In this document: positions 12,556-24,838 of the stretch, piece after piece
Position numbering within the stretch: position 1 is the stretch's first letter
Layout of the letters: each line of letters starts with the position of its first letter
Source: Tubiluchus corallicola
Lineage: Eukaryota > Animalia > Priapulida
Direction: 5' to 3'
DNA: 30,901 nucleotides
NCBI GenBank assembly: GCA_030141605.1
Contig: JAQGDQ010001648.1
Location: 1 to 30,901 of the forward strand
Program-made: the position numbers and the translations under genes
The notes under the pieces: generated by a model
The model's database searches: none
The model's input: only the letters and a program-made list of their open reading frames with translations
What the model was told of the DNA's origin: nothing

Positions 12556-12772
12556 CCCTTCAATAACTCCGGATAGTTTGCTGGTAATATCTTCCAACTT
12601 TTTGCTGACGTCATCGTCTTGTATGTCGGGTAATACTGAACGGATAACGTTGATATTACTCGTTGAGTTCGCCCCGTACTTTTCAGTTATTCGGCGCGAA
12701 GCCAAGTCTAACTCCAGAAACCAGATTGACGGAACGGTGCAGCACAGATAAAGGAACACACTGGGACAAAAC
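12556..12772 (-). CDS. TMEM26: TMEM26-like internal coding exon (217 bp, phase 2 to phase 0)
   Basis: Acceptor TTTTTTATTTATTTCAG, donor GTAAAG; open frame (W)FCPSVFLYLCCTVPSIWFLELD... matching the TMEM26 motif WFxPxxFLYLxxxVPSxWxLEL. No other exon recognised in the window. Confidence 0.82.
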
Positions 12773-14278
12773 CTGAAATAAATAAAAAAATTACTCAATC
12801 GATGGCGCCACTGACTATATCATATATAAGATAGAATACGTAAATCCTAATGTACGCCATTACCATTAGACAGAAACGTGTCAATGTAAAAAGGTATAAC
12901 TCTTACAGGCGCGTCATTCAGTTTCAAATCTGCAGTGAGCTTGGTATTCAAGTATGCTTAAAAATTCTATAAAATTCTACGTCTAAAGAACTCTTCAAAT
13001 ACAAAGATTACCACCACACCACAAAAGGTTTATGTTAAAATTCAGTAGCACACCCGCTAAGTCAAACCCATCTACGTGAAGTAGGTTTGGTCACGTATCG
13101 AATTCCAAGCAAGTCAGGTTGTGGATTGCGGAAAAGCAAAGAAAAAGGGCTCTTCGATACCACAAGAACTGTTCAAGTTTAAAACCAATAGAAAAAGGTT
13201 TTATTGCCTCTCTTCCCGAGTAAATTGGAGTGTTGTGATTAAAATTAAAGACCAGTCTGTAAACTAAAATAAAAAAAACAGACCACGATCCCAAAAATAA
13301 TGTGTATTGCACCAAAAATGAAAATTTAATATCGGCACTGACCTACTTTGTAAAGGACCCTTTCATTTTAAGATCTTGCTGCTAATTTTTAGTAAATTAG
13401 GGGGGGATTAAATTTGTGTAGTTCTTGAGATTACTGATTGTAACTCTTGTGGATTTAAATATAGAATTTGGAATTTAATAATGTAATACATTAATTTATC
13501 TGCATTTTTATGTTACTTCACAGGAAACTTGCTGCATTAATAACCTTGATTTTATCACGCACTTCAATACTATTTGTTTAATATCACTGTAAATAATGCA
13601 ATACGCACAAATTAAAAAAACTAATGACAGAATGAGTAACATGTAATATTGTAGAATTCACTCTAATGTCTAGGTAAAATTGTATAATGTTAGTACAGAT
13701 ATTTTTGCCTGCAAAAAGAGGCTAATAAAGTCTTATCATCATCATAATCATAATCATCATCACGTCCAAAGTGCAGCCACGCAGTCCTCAGTCATGAGTC
13801 CTGAACTCGGCTCATCAAAGTCGTCTACTGCGGCGTGACTGCTGCGCCCCAAACATGTATGTTTCATTCTCGTTTATTGCCAAGAATTTGCAATTCTGGC
13901 TATCAGTCGGTTCATCGGCCAGAAATACCATGTGTTTTTTATAGGCAGACATGTTTGTTGTTCAATTTTGCTTGGTAAACATGCGTTTAAAGTCTTGGGT
14001 ATGTTACACTTAATAGCTTAGCCCGAGGTATACACGAGTCACTAGAATAATGAGACTCTAAAGTGGAAGATAGGTGGATTTTTCTAAGTATGTTCCCCTT
14101 TCCAGTTCTGCTATTACATATAAGTTATGCTACTTAGCATTATGGTTACCTGCTTGAAGACTTCTGTAACTGAAGAAAGAAAATTCTTGATAATTTAAAA
14201 TATTCTGATAAATGAAGTGACAAGTTTAAAAATGATTTCCTGTACAACTGTTTTTTAAAAATGCGATAGTCTTCAAAT

Positions 14279-15108
<830 letters not shown>

Positions 15109-15743
15109 TAAATCTGACACTTCATTTATTACTCCAATAACTATTGTGTATTAAAATTAGCGTGGTGAATACAGCAGGCTACATGTCTAGAATATAATAC
15201 GCTTCTTTCATTGCCAGCATAAGAAGCCACGTTAATTAACTAACAGCTTATGAATGCAAAGTGTCGATTCTGGTGGGCAAGCCAAGATGTCCGGCAGATG
15301 CTCGTCTACATATAAACTAGAAAACAAGTCGATGTACTAGAAGACAAGGAGTTCCTTATGCCGCCTCTTGCACATTTTTCTCACAGGACTCACACCACAT
15401 TTATATCTTTATGAGAATTCCCTACATTCACCACGCGCAGTTGGTGTCCAGCGCTTACACGGCTCTTAATTACGCATAGCTCGCCGTTTCCGGCAATCAA
15501 ACGTCTAGCGATTTTTTCAAGACCTAGAAAAAGCCACTAACCGTGACGTCATCTCTGAAAATAAGTCAAAATGTTTCGACAAAAAACTTTATAATTGCGG
15601 TTCTCGCCTAGCGAGATTGCCTACAAAATCTATCATAATTGCGTCCTTGGCAAATGGCAATGGCAGAAAGCATTGAAACACCGCAGACCGACAGCTGGAA
15701 TTCAACAGATTTGTTTACTTCTTTCTAAATCAGGGCTTTAGAA

Positions 15744-16013
15744 ATGAGCTGTCGAACGTGTGCAGTTCGTCACAAACTAACACATCTGAATGCAGAGGTA
15801 CAGCACAAGTTTTTTGTGCAATGCGTTTTCGAAATGCATAGGCTAGTGCCAGTCTAAGTATCGAACGGAGAAGTGCATGTAACAATGAAGAACTAGTAGC
15901 GCGGTAATAATTCTTTCACCTAAGTCATTTTTGAAAAAATACTACGTTTTCTTTCAATACTTTAAAGAGGGGGTTGTTTTGACCTACAGTTTAAGCTTGG
16001 GTCCGGTTTTGCT
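15744..16013 (+). mobile_element. Kolobok-like MITE family A, right half
   Basis: Matches about 7266-7565; ends GGGTCCGGTTTTGCT|TCAA. Confidence 0.78.
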
Positions 16014-16033
16014 TCAAATGTTATGCAGAATCG

Positions 16034-16150
16034 GCCGCCGAAGTGTTGAAGGAGGCATTCGACAAGAACCATTTTGATTCGTACAAGATGGCCGACATGT
16101 ATTCACTTGGACTCGTTCTGTGGGAGATGAGTAGAAGGTGCAGCTAGGAG
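16034..16150 (+). pseudogene. BMPR1: BMP type I receptor (ALK3/6, Thickveins-like) kinase exon fragment, disabled
   Basis: [37 protein letters not shown] = kinase subdomains VIII-IX; donor GTAAGC at 16151; upstream GTKRYMAP absent; in-frame TAG at 16145-16147. Confidence 0.85.
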
Positions 16151-16273
16151 GTAAGCTGCATGACTGAAAATTTGTTTGCATATCTGTCTTTACTTTTGTT
16201 ACTATTTCTGTTGTTACTTTTAAAATGATATTATCACAGAACGTGGCTTGAAAATGGAAAAAAATTAATATTT

Positions 16274-16725
<452 letters not shown>

Positions 16726-17226
16726 AAAACTTGTAACTTGTTTAATTTTCAACATTCACAACATTTCATTAATATTTTATCCACTGCATGTCTATATAGA
16801 ATTTTAAAAACATGTAATTAAATTTCTTACTAGCATCATTAGTGTTGCTTTAAGGCCTTTGCTGCTTGGACTCCTACCAAGAACCTTCCTTGCTGGTGTC
16901 ACAAGTTTTATATAAAGGCAATTGAGAGCTTTGAAACAATGAATGGATTCATATCTTGCGTGGGAAACCCTGCACGTTCTTATCATAGAAACATTTACAG
17001 CTTCATAAATATCCACTTCTTGAGAAGGAAGCCATCTGTCTGGCCAGAAAATCGGGGTTTATACTTCCGAAATACACACAGGAAAAGTAATTAAATTTAT
17101 AGTAATTAACCTTATACTTCAGTATTACCATGAATCTACGTTTATGGTGCATCAATGCATTATTTATTTCCACCGATTCGATTAAATATTTGAATAATAT
17201 AACATATTCGAGTTTCTTAACCTATA

Positions 17227-17648
17227 TTGTTGGCATCCTTCTGTCTCGGAAGACAATGGAGTGTGCGCCAAGAGAGTCAGTTATTGATCAAATTGATGGA
17301 GCTGCAGCGTCGACTGTGGCTGAGCAGTCCGATCCATGAACCTCTGGAGTGGCTTCTCCAGGGCGCACGCCTGGGCAAGGTGTATGGAGATCCTGAGTTG
17401 CCCAGACAACAGGTACCCCCTCTCTTCCTTCTTGGTGTAGTTCAAAGGAAAGCGGAGCGATACGTTTGGCACCAGGTTGGCTGCAGGAACATGCTGCACT
17501 GGTCCGCCTTCGGGGCTCCACTCCTGATTTGGAAGGTTTACTCCTCTACACATGGCCGTTGGGTCACTTGACCTCCTCCGCCCTCTAGCCGTTGGCTGCT
17601 TGTGCAGCTCCTCCGCCTAGTGTTGAGATACAGTGTGGGCATCCCTAC
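17227..17648 (-). mobile_element. RTE-related SINE body, 5'-truncated copy of the 23110-23561 family
   Basis: Colinear with 23110-23477 apart from indels; 3' end GCACACTCCATTGTCTTCCGAGACAGAAGGATGCCAACAA; possible TSD AACCTATA/AACTATA. Confidence 0.85.
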
Positions 17649-18120
17649 AACTATAAGAGACTCGAATATGTTACAGTATCGACACGTTTAATGTGTACGG
17701 CGCCACCCGTGACAAAAAGCTGAATACCATCACGATAAAATAGACCTTTAATTTCTGTTGCTTGAATGACGTCATTGGTGGAAGAAGCTCGTTCAAAATG
17801 AGAAAACGCAAGAGTGAAACGATCGTGACTTTTACTAATTTAATAAGTAAAATTTAGTTAATAATAATAATTATTATTATAAAGTAATAATAAGTTTAAT
17901 TTTATAACTGATTTTACTAATTACACGAGGCGCTTATCACACTTTCATTATTAAAATTCTTCTAACATTTTTCACGGACATCCAAATAAGCCCAACTTCC
18001 CAGGAGTGTTGACCTTTCCTTTAATTCTGCAAGCAAAGTTAAAAATCAAATCTTCTAACTCAAATTTATAAACAGATTTTTAGTACAATGTAGGCTTACA
18101 GTTTTATTTGTTGTAATAGG

Positions 18121-18650
18121 TACGTCGAACTGCTTTAGGCAAAACTAGAATTGCATATGAGCGTTCATAAGTGTTCAGTCTTCATGCAAGACGGAGCTCC
18201 TTGGCACAGATCGAAGGTGACCACCAATTTCCTCAGGGAGAAGAACATCGCCGTACTTGAATGGCCTGGAAACAGTCCAGACCTCAATCCGATAGAGAAT
18301 CTCTGGGAGATACTGAAGGATAAGATGGCAGACAGGCAGCCATCAAGTGCTGAAGACTTGCGAAGAGTTATCAGGGACGTTTGGGTTAAAGAAATTACTT
18401 CCGAGTACTGCCAAAACCTAATTTCCAGTATGCCTCTTAGAATGAAGGCAGTGATTGACAACTTCGGCGGCCATACAAAGTACTAAAATGTTCAAGGACT
18501 GTGACTATTTTTGGATAAAATCATACAAACTATGCTGTAGTATATTTTCCTAGAAGAATAAATGAATAGTTTTTAGATGGAACCGTGTTAAACGATGGTT
18601 TTGTCAATTTTCATGAAAAAAATCACTTTGATCTTAAACTTTTGCAAACT
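18121..18650 (+). mobile_element. Tc1 (DD34E) transposase C-terminal remnant with probable right end
   Basis: FMQDGAPWH...WPGNSPDLNPIENLW with 34 residues between D and E; ends GGHTKY* at 18486; in-frame TAG at 18136-18138; AAACTTTTGC TIR-like remnant near 18636. Confidence 0.92.
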
Positions 18651-18655
18651 GATAC

Positions 18656-18955
<300 letters not shown>

Positions 18956-19069
18956 TGCTACTTGATCACGTGACTGCTGAATAACCAATCACCTTCGTTG
19001 TGTAATTTTGAGCGTCACGCTGTTGAATCAGACCTCTGCTATGTAAACCCGATACAAGATAAGCGGAAT

Positions 19070-19189
19070 GTCTACGGCCATATCACGTTGAAAACACCGG
19101 TTCTCGTCTGATCACCGAAGTTAAGCAACGTAGAGCCTGGTTAGTACTTGGATGGGTGACCGCCTGGGAATACCAGGTGCAGTAGGCTT
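19070..19189 (+). rRNA. RNA5S: 5S rRNA gene, solitary
   Basis: Full 120 nt GTCTACGGCCATATCACGTTGAAAACACCGG ... box A AGTTAAGCAAC, box C TGGATGGGTGACCG ... GTAGGCTT; TATGTAAA at -30. Confidence 0.97.
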
Positions 19190-19199
19190 TTCGTTTTTT
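19188..19199 (+). terminator. Pol III oligo-T terminator of the 5S gene
   Basis: TTTTCGTTTTTT directly at the 3' end. Confidence 0.85.
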
Positions 19200-19696
19200 C
19201 ATTTTAAATAGAAAAACTTGTACTGCATAAACTATTTTCCAAATTTTCTCAAACTCATAGTTTTTGCCCTCAAATCTGGCATGAAAATATAGATTTCCTG
19301 CAGTGTTTCATTGTACATGAACAATGTCTATGGGGTTTTTTATGCAAGTTTGGTTATTGAGATCTACAGTTTCTCCTGAAAATCGTGTATTCCCTGATTC
19401 CCACTCGTATCAAAGGACCGTTAAACAGACTAAATCCTTTATTCTCGGGCAGATGTAAGTTCAAGCGTCTAAATCTTGTTAATTTTCTCTTTTTCTGAAA
19501 AATAAAAACAAACAAACAGTATTGCTTCAGGCTCAAACTGAGTAGAACAGTATGGTTGTTGTTTGCTTTCTCGTAGGCAAAGGGTTAAGGCTGTCAAAAC
19601 GCTGTCCAAACATCCGATTTCTCCGTATAGGATTTTTCATCGTATGTAGTGTTCATTCCTCAATGAATCTTCTTTCAGTGAGACTAAAGCATTGCT

Positions 19697-20053
19697 ACAA
19701 GTTTTACTACAAGATTACATTAGACATTAGTAACATTTACAGTAAGAATAGACTATAACTACACAAGCTGACAAGTTTTACTACAAGATTACATTAGACA
19801 TTAGTAACATTTACAGTAAGAATTGACTCTACCTACACAAGCTGACAAGTTTTACTGCAAGATCACATTAGACATTAGTAACATTTACAGTAAGAATAGA
19901 CTACAACTACACAAGCTGACAAGTTTTACTACAAGATTACATTAGACATTAGTAACAATTGCAGTAAGAATTGACTATAACTACACAAGCTGACAAGTTT
20001 TACTACAAGATTACATTAGATATTAGTAATATTTAAAGCAAGAATTGACTATA
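19697..20053. repeat. 74-bp tandem satellite, about 4.8 units
   Basis: Units start at 19697, 19771, 19845, 19919, 19993; extra partial unit at 20606-20638. Confidence 0.97.
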
Positions 20054-20055
20054 CT

Positions 20056-20200
20056 CAGGGCGTATTTCAGCCTAAGCGAGGCCCGGGGAAGTGGGGGCGT
20101 GTTAGGCCCCCTCGGGGTGGGACGAAGCGCCGCGGGGCGGGATGGTTGGCACCCAGCAAATTTTTGAATTGCTAAAACGCCGGAGAGGCATTTTTGAAAA
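20056..20200 (+). mobile_element. GC-rich hAT-like MITE left end
   Basis: Abrupt CAGGGCGTATTTCAGCC start interrupting the satellite; no matching right TIR found. Confidence 0.4.
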
Positions 20201-20315
20201 GAAAATATGGAGTTATACAGTTGTTAAAGGAAAGAACAACTGAAAGAAAAACTGCTTTATTCTCAAGACCAGCCCTTAATACTTGTCAATACTGGCAAAC
20301 GGCGCGCGTGCGGCA

Positions 20316-20568
<253 letters not shown>

Positions 20569-21376
20569 GCAGTATGTTCGCATAAACCAAAAAAATATTA
20601 CCTTAATTAGATATTAGTAACATTTACAGTAAGAATTGTCTTCGTATGTCTTCCTATTGAAAACCCTGCTGTACTGTTAAATATTATCTGCAGTTTAATT
20701 CTTTACAACGTCAAAGCAAGTCTTCAGACGAATAAGTCTACTTTGCTAAACTGTTCTTAAAAACTGCCTTATAAACAGCACTGTTTTGAGAAAAATCAAA
20801 ATTAGTTTATGCTCTTTGTAAAGTGCTGTGTAACAAAACGTAGATTAGCTATCTCGTTTTCAATAAATAAAACTGGGTCGTGCAACGTTTGCTTTCCCGA
20901 CTATCATAAATTCCGACAGCTTAGTATAAACTGGGGAATAAAACAAAATGACAAAGGCTTTCACCGGGAAAGCACGGAAATCACGTGACGGTCTCACATC
21001 ACCAGTAATATTTGCAGTACTCTCCGTGCACTTAACCGGGCACTCTAGTCTTGCGCAGCAGCCTACATCAATTCTGCACGTATATTATTGCTTTTAGTAG
21101 CCCAACCTCGTGCAGATACTGCGTGGATATTGAAATATGTGACCACGTGAGCGCATACCAGCAAATTCGAGACAATAGTTAGTGTTGACCGAAAGCCAAG
21201 AAATTGCTATTGACGGAAACATGAATAAAATAACACGAGAATTAATAAATGTCTTGTTTCTTTGAATGGTTAGTCAGTTTTGGCTTCCGACAACTGAGTA
21301 CAAATGAAAAAGAGATTGAAATCTGCAGTATGCAGTTTGCAGGAGTCTAGCTAAATAGAATGAAAAAACATTATTT

Positions 21377-21506
21377 TAGGGAAGCATAAGGAAACGTAGC
21401 AAAGCGTAGGGAAGCATAAGGAAGAGAAACAAAGCGTGGGAAAGCATAAGGAAACGTAGCAAAGCGTAGAAAAGCATAAGGAAGCGTAGCAAAGCGTAGG
21501 GAAGCA
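21377..21506. repeat. 30-bp minisatellite built from three 10-bp subunits, about 4.3 units
   Basis: TAGGGAAGCATAAGGAAACGTAGCAAAGCG repeated in register. Confidence 0.93.
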
Positions 21507-21633
21507 AATACAGACAGTGGCCGTAGTATCTTATTATCAATAAGAAAATTACAGTACGTCAATAATATTACAAAAATAGGCGCGGAGTTAGAAAAAAGGG
21601 AAGGAGTTTAGAATTCCCCACACAAGTTAAATG

Positions 21634-21708
21634 CCCTAACCCTAACCCCAGCCCTAGCCCTAGCGCTAGCCCTAACTCAACCCTAAACCCATCACTAACC
21701 CTAACCCT
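21634..21708. repeat. Degenerate interstitial (CCCTAA)n telomere-like tract
   Basis: CCCTAA, CCCTAG and CCCCAG hexamers, about 12 units. Confidence 0.8.
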
Positions 21709-21754
21709 TGACGCACACTCCATTGTCTTCCGAGACAGAAGGATGCCAACAACA

Positions 21755-21756
<2 letters not shown>
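21707..21756 (+). mobile_element. 3' tail only of the RTE-related SINE family
   Basis: CTTGACGCACACTCCATTGTCTTCCGAGACAGAAGGATGCCAACAACAAC, near identical to the 3' ends at 17227 and 23110. Confidence 0.88.
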
Positions 21757-21799
<43 letters not shown>

Positions 21800-22088
21800 G
21801 GTGATGATGACATATACAATACATATATATATATATATACATCAACGTCGCCGTGGTCGTCATCATCATCGTTATCACCTCGTAAACTTCATTTTCATCG
21901 TCACCGTCAGTAAGTTAATAAGAAAGAAAAAGCTCTTTTATTTTCGTAAAAAAAGTTTCCATTCTCCATGGCTACTTTACAATTAAGAAGAAGAAATTGA
22001 GACCAATACTCAAACAGGTTAATTTATATTTCAATTTAAAATACAGCTACTAATAAACTTACTAATAAACTATCAAACAGAACATCTA

Positions 22089-22683
22089 CCGTATTTTCCC
22101 ATGTATAAGAGACCCTTGTGTATAAGAGACCCCTTCAATTTTTAGGCAAAAATTCTGGAAAAAAGTTTTTTGGTAATGAATAACTTTATTCGTCATAGAA
22201 ATCATTAAATTCCTCATCACTCTCATCAAAAATATCAACTGGAGTCAGACCTGTGTCACGATGCTGTATTGCTTACAACCGCTTCATAGTCGAACGCGAC
22301 ACGCCTTGCTTAGGCTGACTCATCTCGTTGACCTCTGCCGACGTATCAATGACGTCGACGGGCATGCAGAGAGCTTATGCAGATGCGTTGATTGGCTGCA
22401 GAACAATCGATTTCTCTCCAATACCAAAGAGACATTTAAAAAAATAATAACTTACCCGGTACATTAATTTTATCATTAGAATTTAGCCATGGAGAAGATT
22501 TATTGAAAGGAAACTATAATTATTCGAAATAAAACAGTTGTAGAGCACTTATTTCTTTAAAATCATTAGTGTCACAATTTATGCATCTTATTGAAAAGAC
22601 TTACTCCCATGTATAAGAGACCTCCTATTTTTAAAGTGAAAATTCTGAGCAAAAAAGGGTCTCTTATACACGGGAAAATACGG
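22089..22683 (-). mobile_element. pogo/Tigger-type internally deleted element (595 bp)
   Basis: TA|CCGTATTTTCCCATGTATAAGAGACCC ... GGGTCTCTTATACACGGGAAAATACGG|TA (27-bp TIR, 1 mismatch); minus-strand acidic tail VDIFDESDEEFNDFYDE* near 22186-22240. Confidence 0.92.
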
Positions 22684-23109
22684 TAATTAAGACAAATTCT
22701 TGGGTACTAAAATGTGTATAGAACAGAGTAAAATTTATCACTGTTATCGTCATATCACCATTCCCAATGTTAGCCATTTCTAGATTTCATGATTACAACC
22801 ACCCAGTTTCATCATTTTCCAGTTGTTTAACAAGGGTAAGATTTAGTTCGTTTTAAATTCCATCGCTGACACTTGTATGTATAACAACTGCCAGGATTAA
22901 GTTAAGTTTAGTGTCAATAATTTTCCTGTTGGCTGCAAACTGCTAAAATCAAGCCTTGGTAATGCTTTCCAGACACTAATAGATAATTTAGACATTCTTT
23001 CTTTTTTTTAATTTACGTGTGCAAGAGTAATTTTCTAACCCCTTTGCAGTGCAAATGTTTTTCTCTTACCCATTAGCAGGGGTTTCTTGAAAGTTAATCT
23101 AACGTACAC

Positions 23110-23561
23110 TGTTGTTGGCATCCTTCTGTCTCGGAAGACAATGGAGTGTGCGCCAAGAGAGTCAGTTATTGCAGCGTCGACTGTGGCAGGGCGCACGCCT
23201 GGGCAAGGTGTATGGGGATCCTGAGTTGCCCAGATAACAGGAACTCCCTCTCTTCCTCCCTGGTGTAGTCCAAAGGAAAGCGGAGCGAGACATTTGGCAC
23301 CAGGTTGGCTGCAGGAGCTGCCAGAGTCAGTGAGGATGCTGCACTGGTCCGCCTTCGGGGCTCCACTCCTGATTTGGAAAGTTTACCACTTGACCTCCTC
23401 CGCCCTCTAGCCATTAGCTGCTTGTGCAGCTCCTCCGCCAAGTGTCGTGATACAGTGTGGGCATCCCGCAAGCCTACAGCTTGTAGCTAACCTGGCTCTA
23501 CGTTGCTTAACTTCAGTGATCAGACGAGAACCGGTGTTTTCAACGTGATATGGCCGTAGAC
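23110..23561 (-). mobile_element. 5S rRNA-headed SINE (SINE3-type) with RTE-related body and (CAA)n tail
   Basis: 23561-23487 = 5S nt 1-75 (73/75 identical to the 19070 gene), then CTACAA, 5S 3' end GCTGTAGGCTT, then body; TSD CTAACGTAC (23099-23107) / CTAACATAC (23562-23570). Confidence 0.88.
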
Positions 23562-23691
23562 CTAACATACTTATAGTAAAAAACTTAAACTGTAGTAGTT
23601 GAAAACTGTAAGTCGCTTTGTATTACTCTGCGTACCTAAAAGTTATCAAAAGTCAGTTGGTGGGCATAGAATGTAAAGATAAAAAACTGCT

Positions 23692-24277
23692 CTAATACTG
23701 CTCCTATATAACCCATAATTATAATTATAAGGAAGTATAAATATTTGTAACTCAAAAAGAAAATTTTTAATAATTTTATATCTTCCCACCAACTTGGTAA
23801 AACGTCACTGTTTCACTATCCCAGGAAACATCAAAAAGCGTCACTATATAACCCTATATATCACTATATACTACTGCTCCTATATAACACATAATTATAA
23901 TTATAAGGAAGTATAAATTATCTGTAACTCAAAAAGAAAATTTTTAATAATTTAACACCTTCCCGCCAGCTTGGTAAAATGGTCACTGTTTCACTATCCC
24001 AGGAAACATCAAAAATCGTCACTATGTAACCCCATATAACACCATTTAATACTGCTCCTATATAACCCATAATTATAATTATAAGGCTGTGTAAATATCT
24101 GTAAGTCAAAAAGAAAATTCTTAACAATTTAACATGTTTGCACTAGCTTGGTAAAACGTCACTGTTTCACCCTCCCAGGGTACATCAAAAACGTCAGTGG
24201 TTCACCATCCCAGGGTACATCAAAAGTTTCAGTAGTTTCACCATCCCAGGGTACATCGAAAGTTTCAGTGGTTCGCC
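23692..24277. repeat. ~177-bp tandem repeat (about 2.8 units) ending in a 35-36-bp subrepeat array
   Basis: CTGCTCCTATATAAC at 23698, 23874, 24052; CCCAGGGTACATC at 24174, 24209, 24245. Confidence 0.93.
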
Positions 24278-24484
24278 AAAAAACATTAATCTTGTAGACA
24301 GACATCGCGGGAGTTTAAATTTTCAAGTTTTATAAAGCGTTACGCCGTAATGCACGTTCTGTGCAACAATAAGACAGCAGGTGATGCAAAATTTCAAGAC
24401 AAATTATTTACTTTTCTATAGAAATACTGTGTTCTGGAGCTTTAACTACATGATGGCTTGTTGTATCATATTCAATAAAGATTT

Positions 24485-24837
<353 letters not shown>

Positions 24838-24838
<1 letters not shown>

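Noticed and set aside
16804-17060. Possible minus-strand exon with FWPDRWLP (P450 PERF-like) and a GTAAGA donor
   Set aside because: No heme-binding FxxGxRxCxG motif, a stop immediately upstream and no clear acceptor; no family recognised.
17130-17571. Overlapping ORFs here and at 23166-23490
   Set aside because: They lie in the GC-rich SINE body, and the two copies differ by large indels and share no recognisable protein family.
18102-18120. Acceptor-like TTTTATTTGTTGTAATAG before the Tc1 remnant, suggesting exonisation
   Set aside because: An in-frame TAG follows within six codons, so a domesticated exon is unsupported.
23400-23470. HDV-like ribozyme at the start of the SINE body (GCTGC-ACAA-GCAGC hairpin then TAATGGC)
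   Set aside because: P1, P2 and the UCCNCG loop could not be assembled in either copy; would need a descriptor search on the family consensus.
23487-23561. 5S-targeting retrotransposon insertion or a second 5S gene
   Set aside because: No remaining 5S sequence beyond the element tail; the TSD encloses the 5S part, and box C and the terminator are missing.
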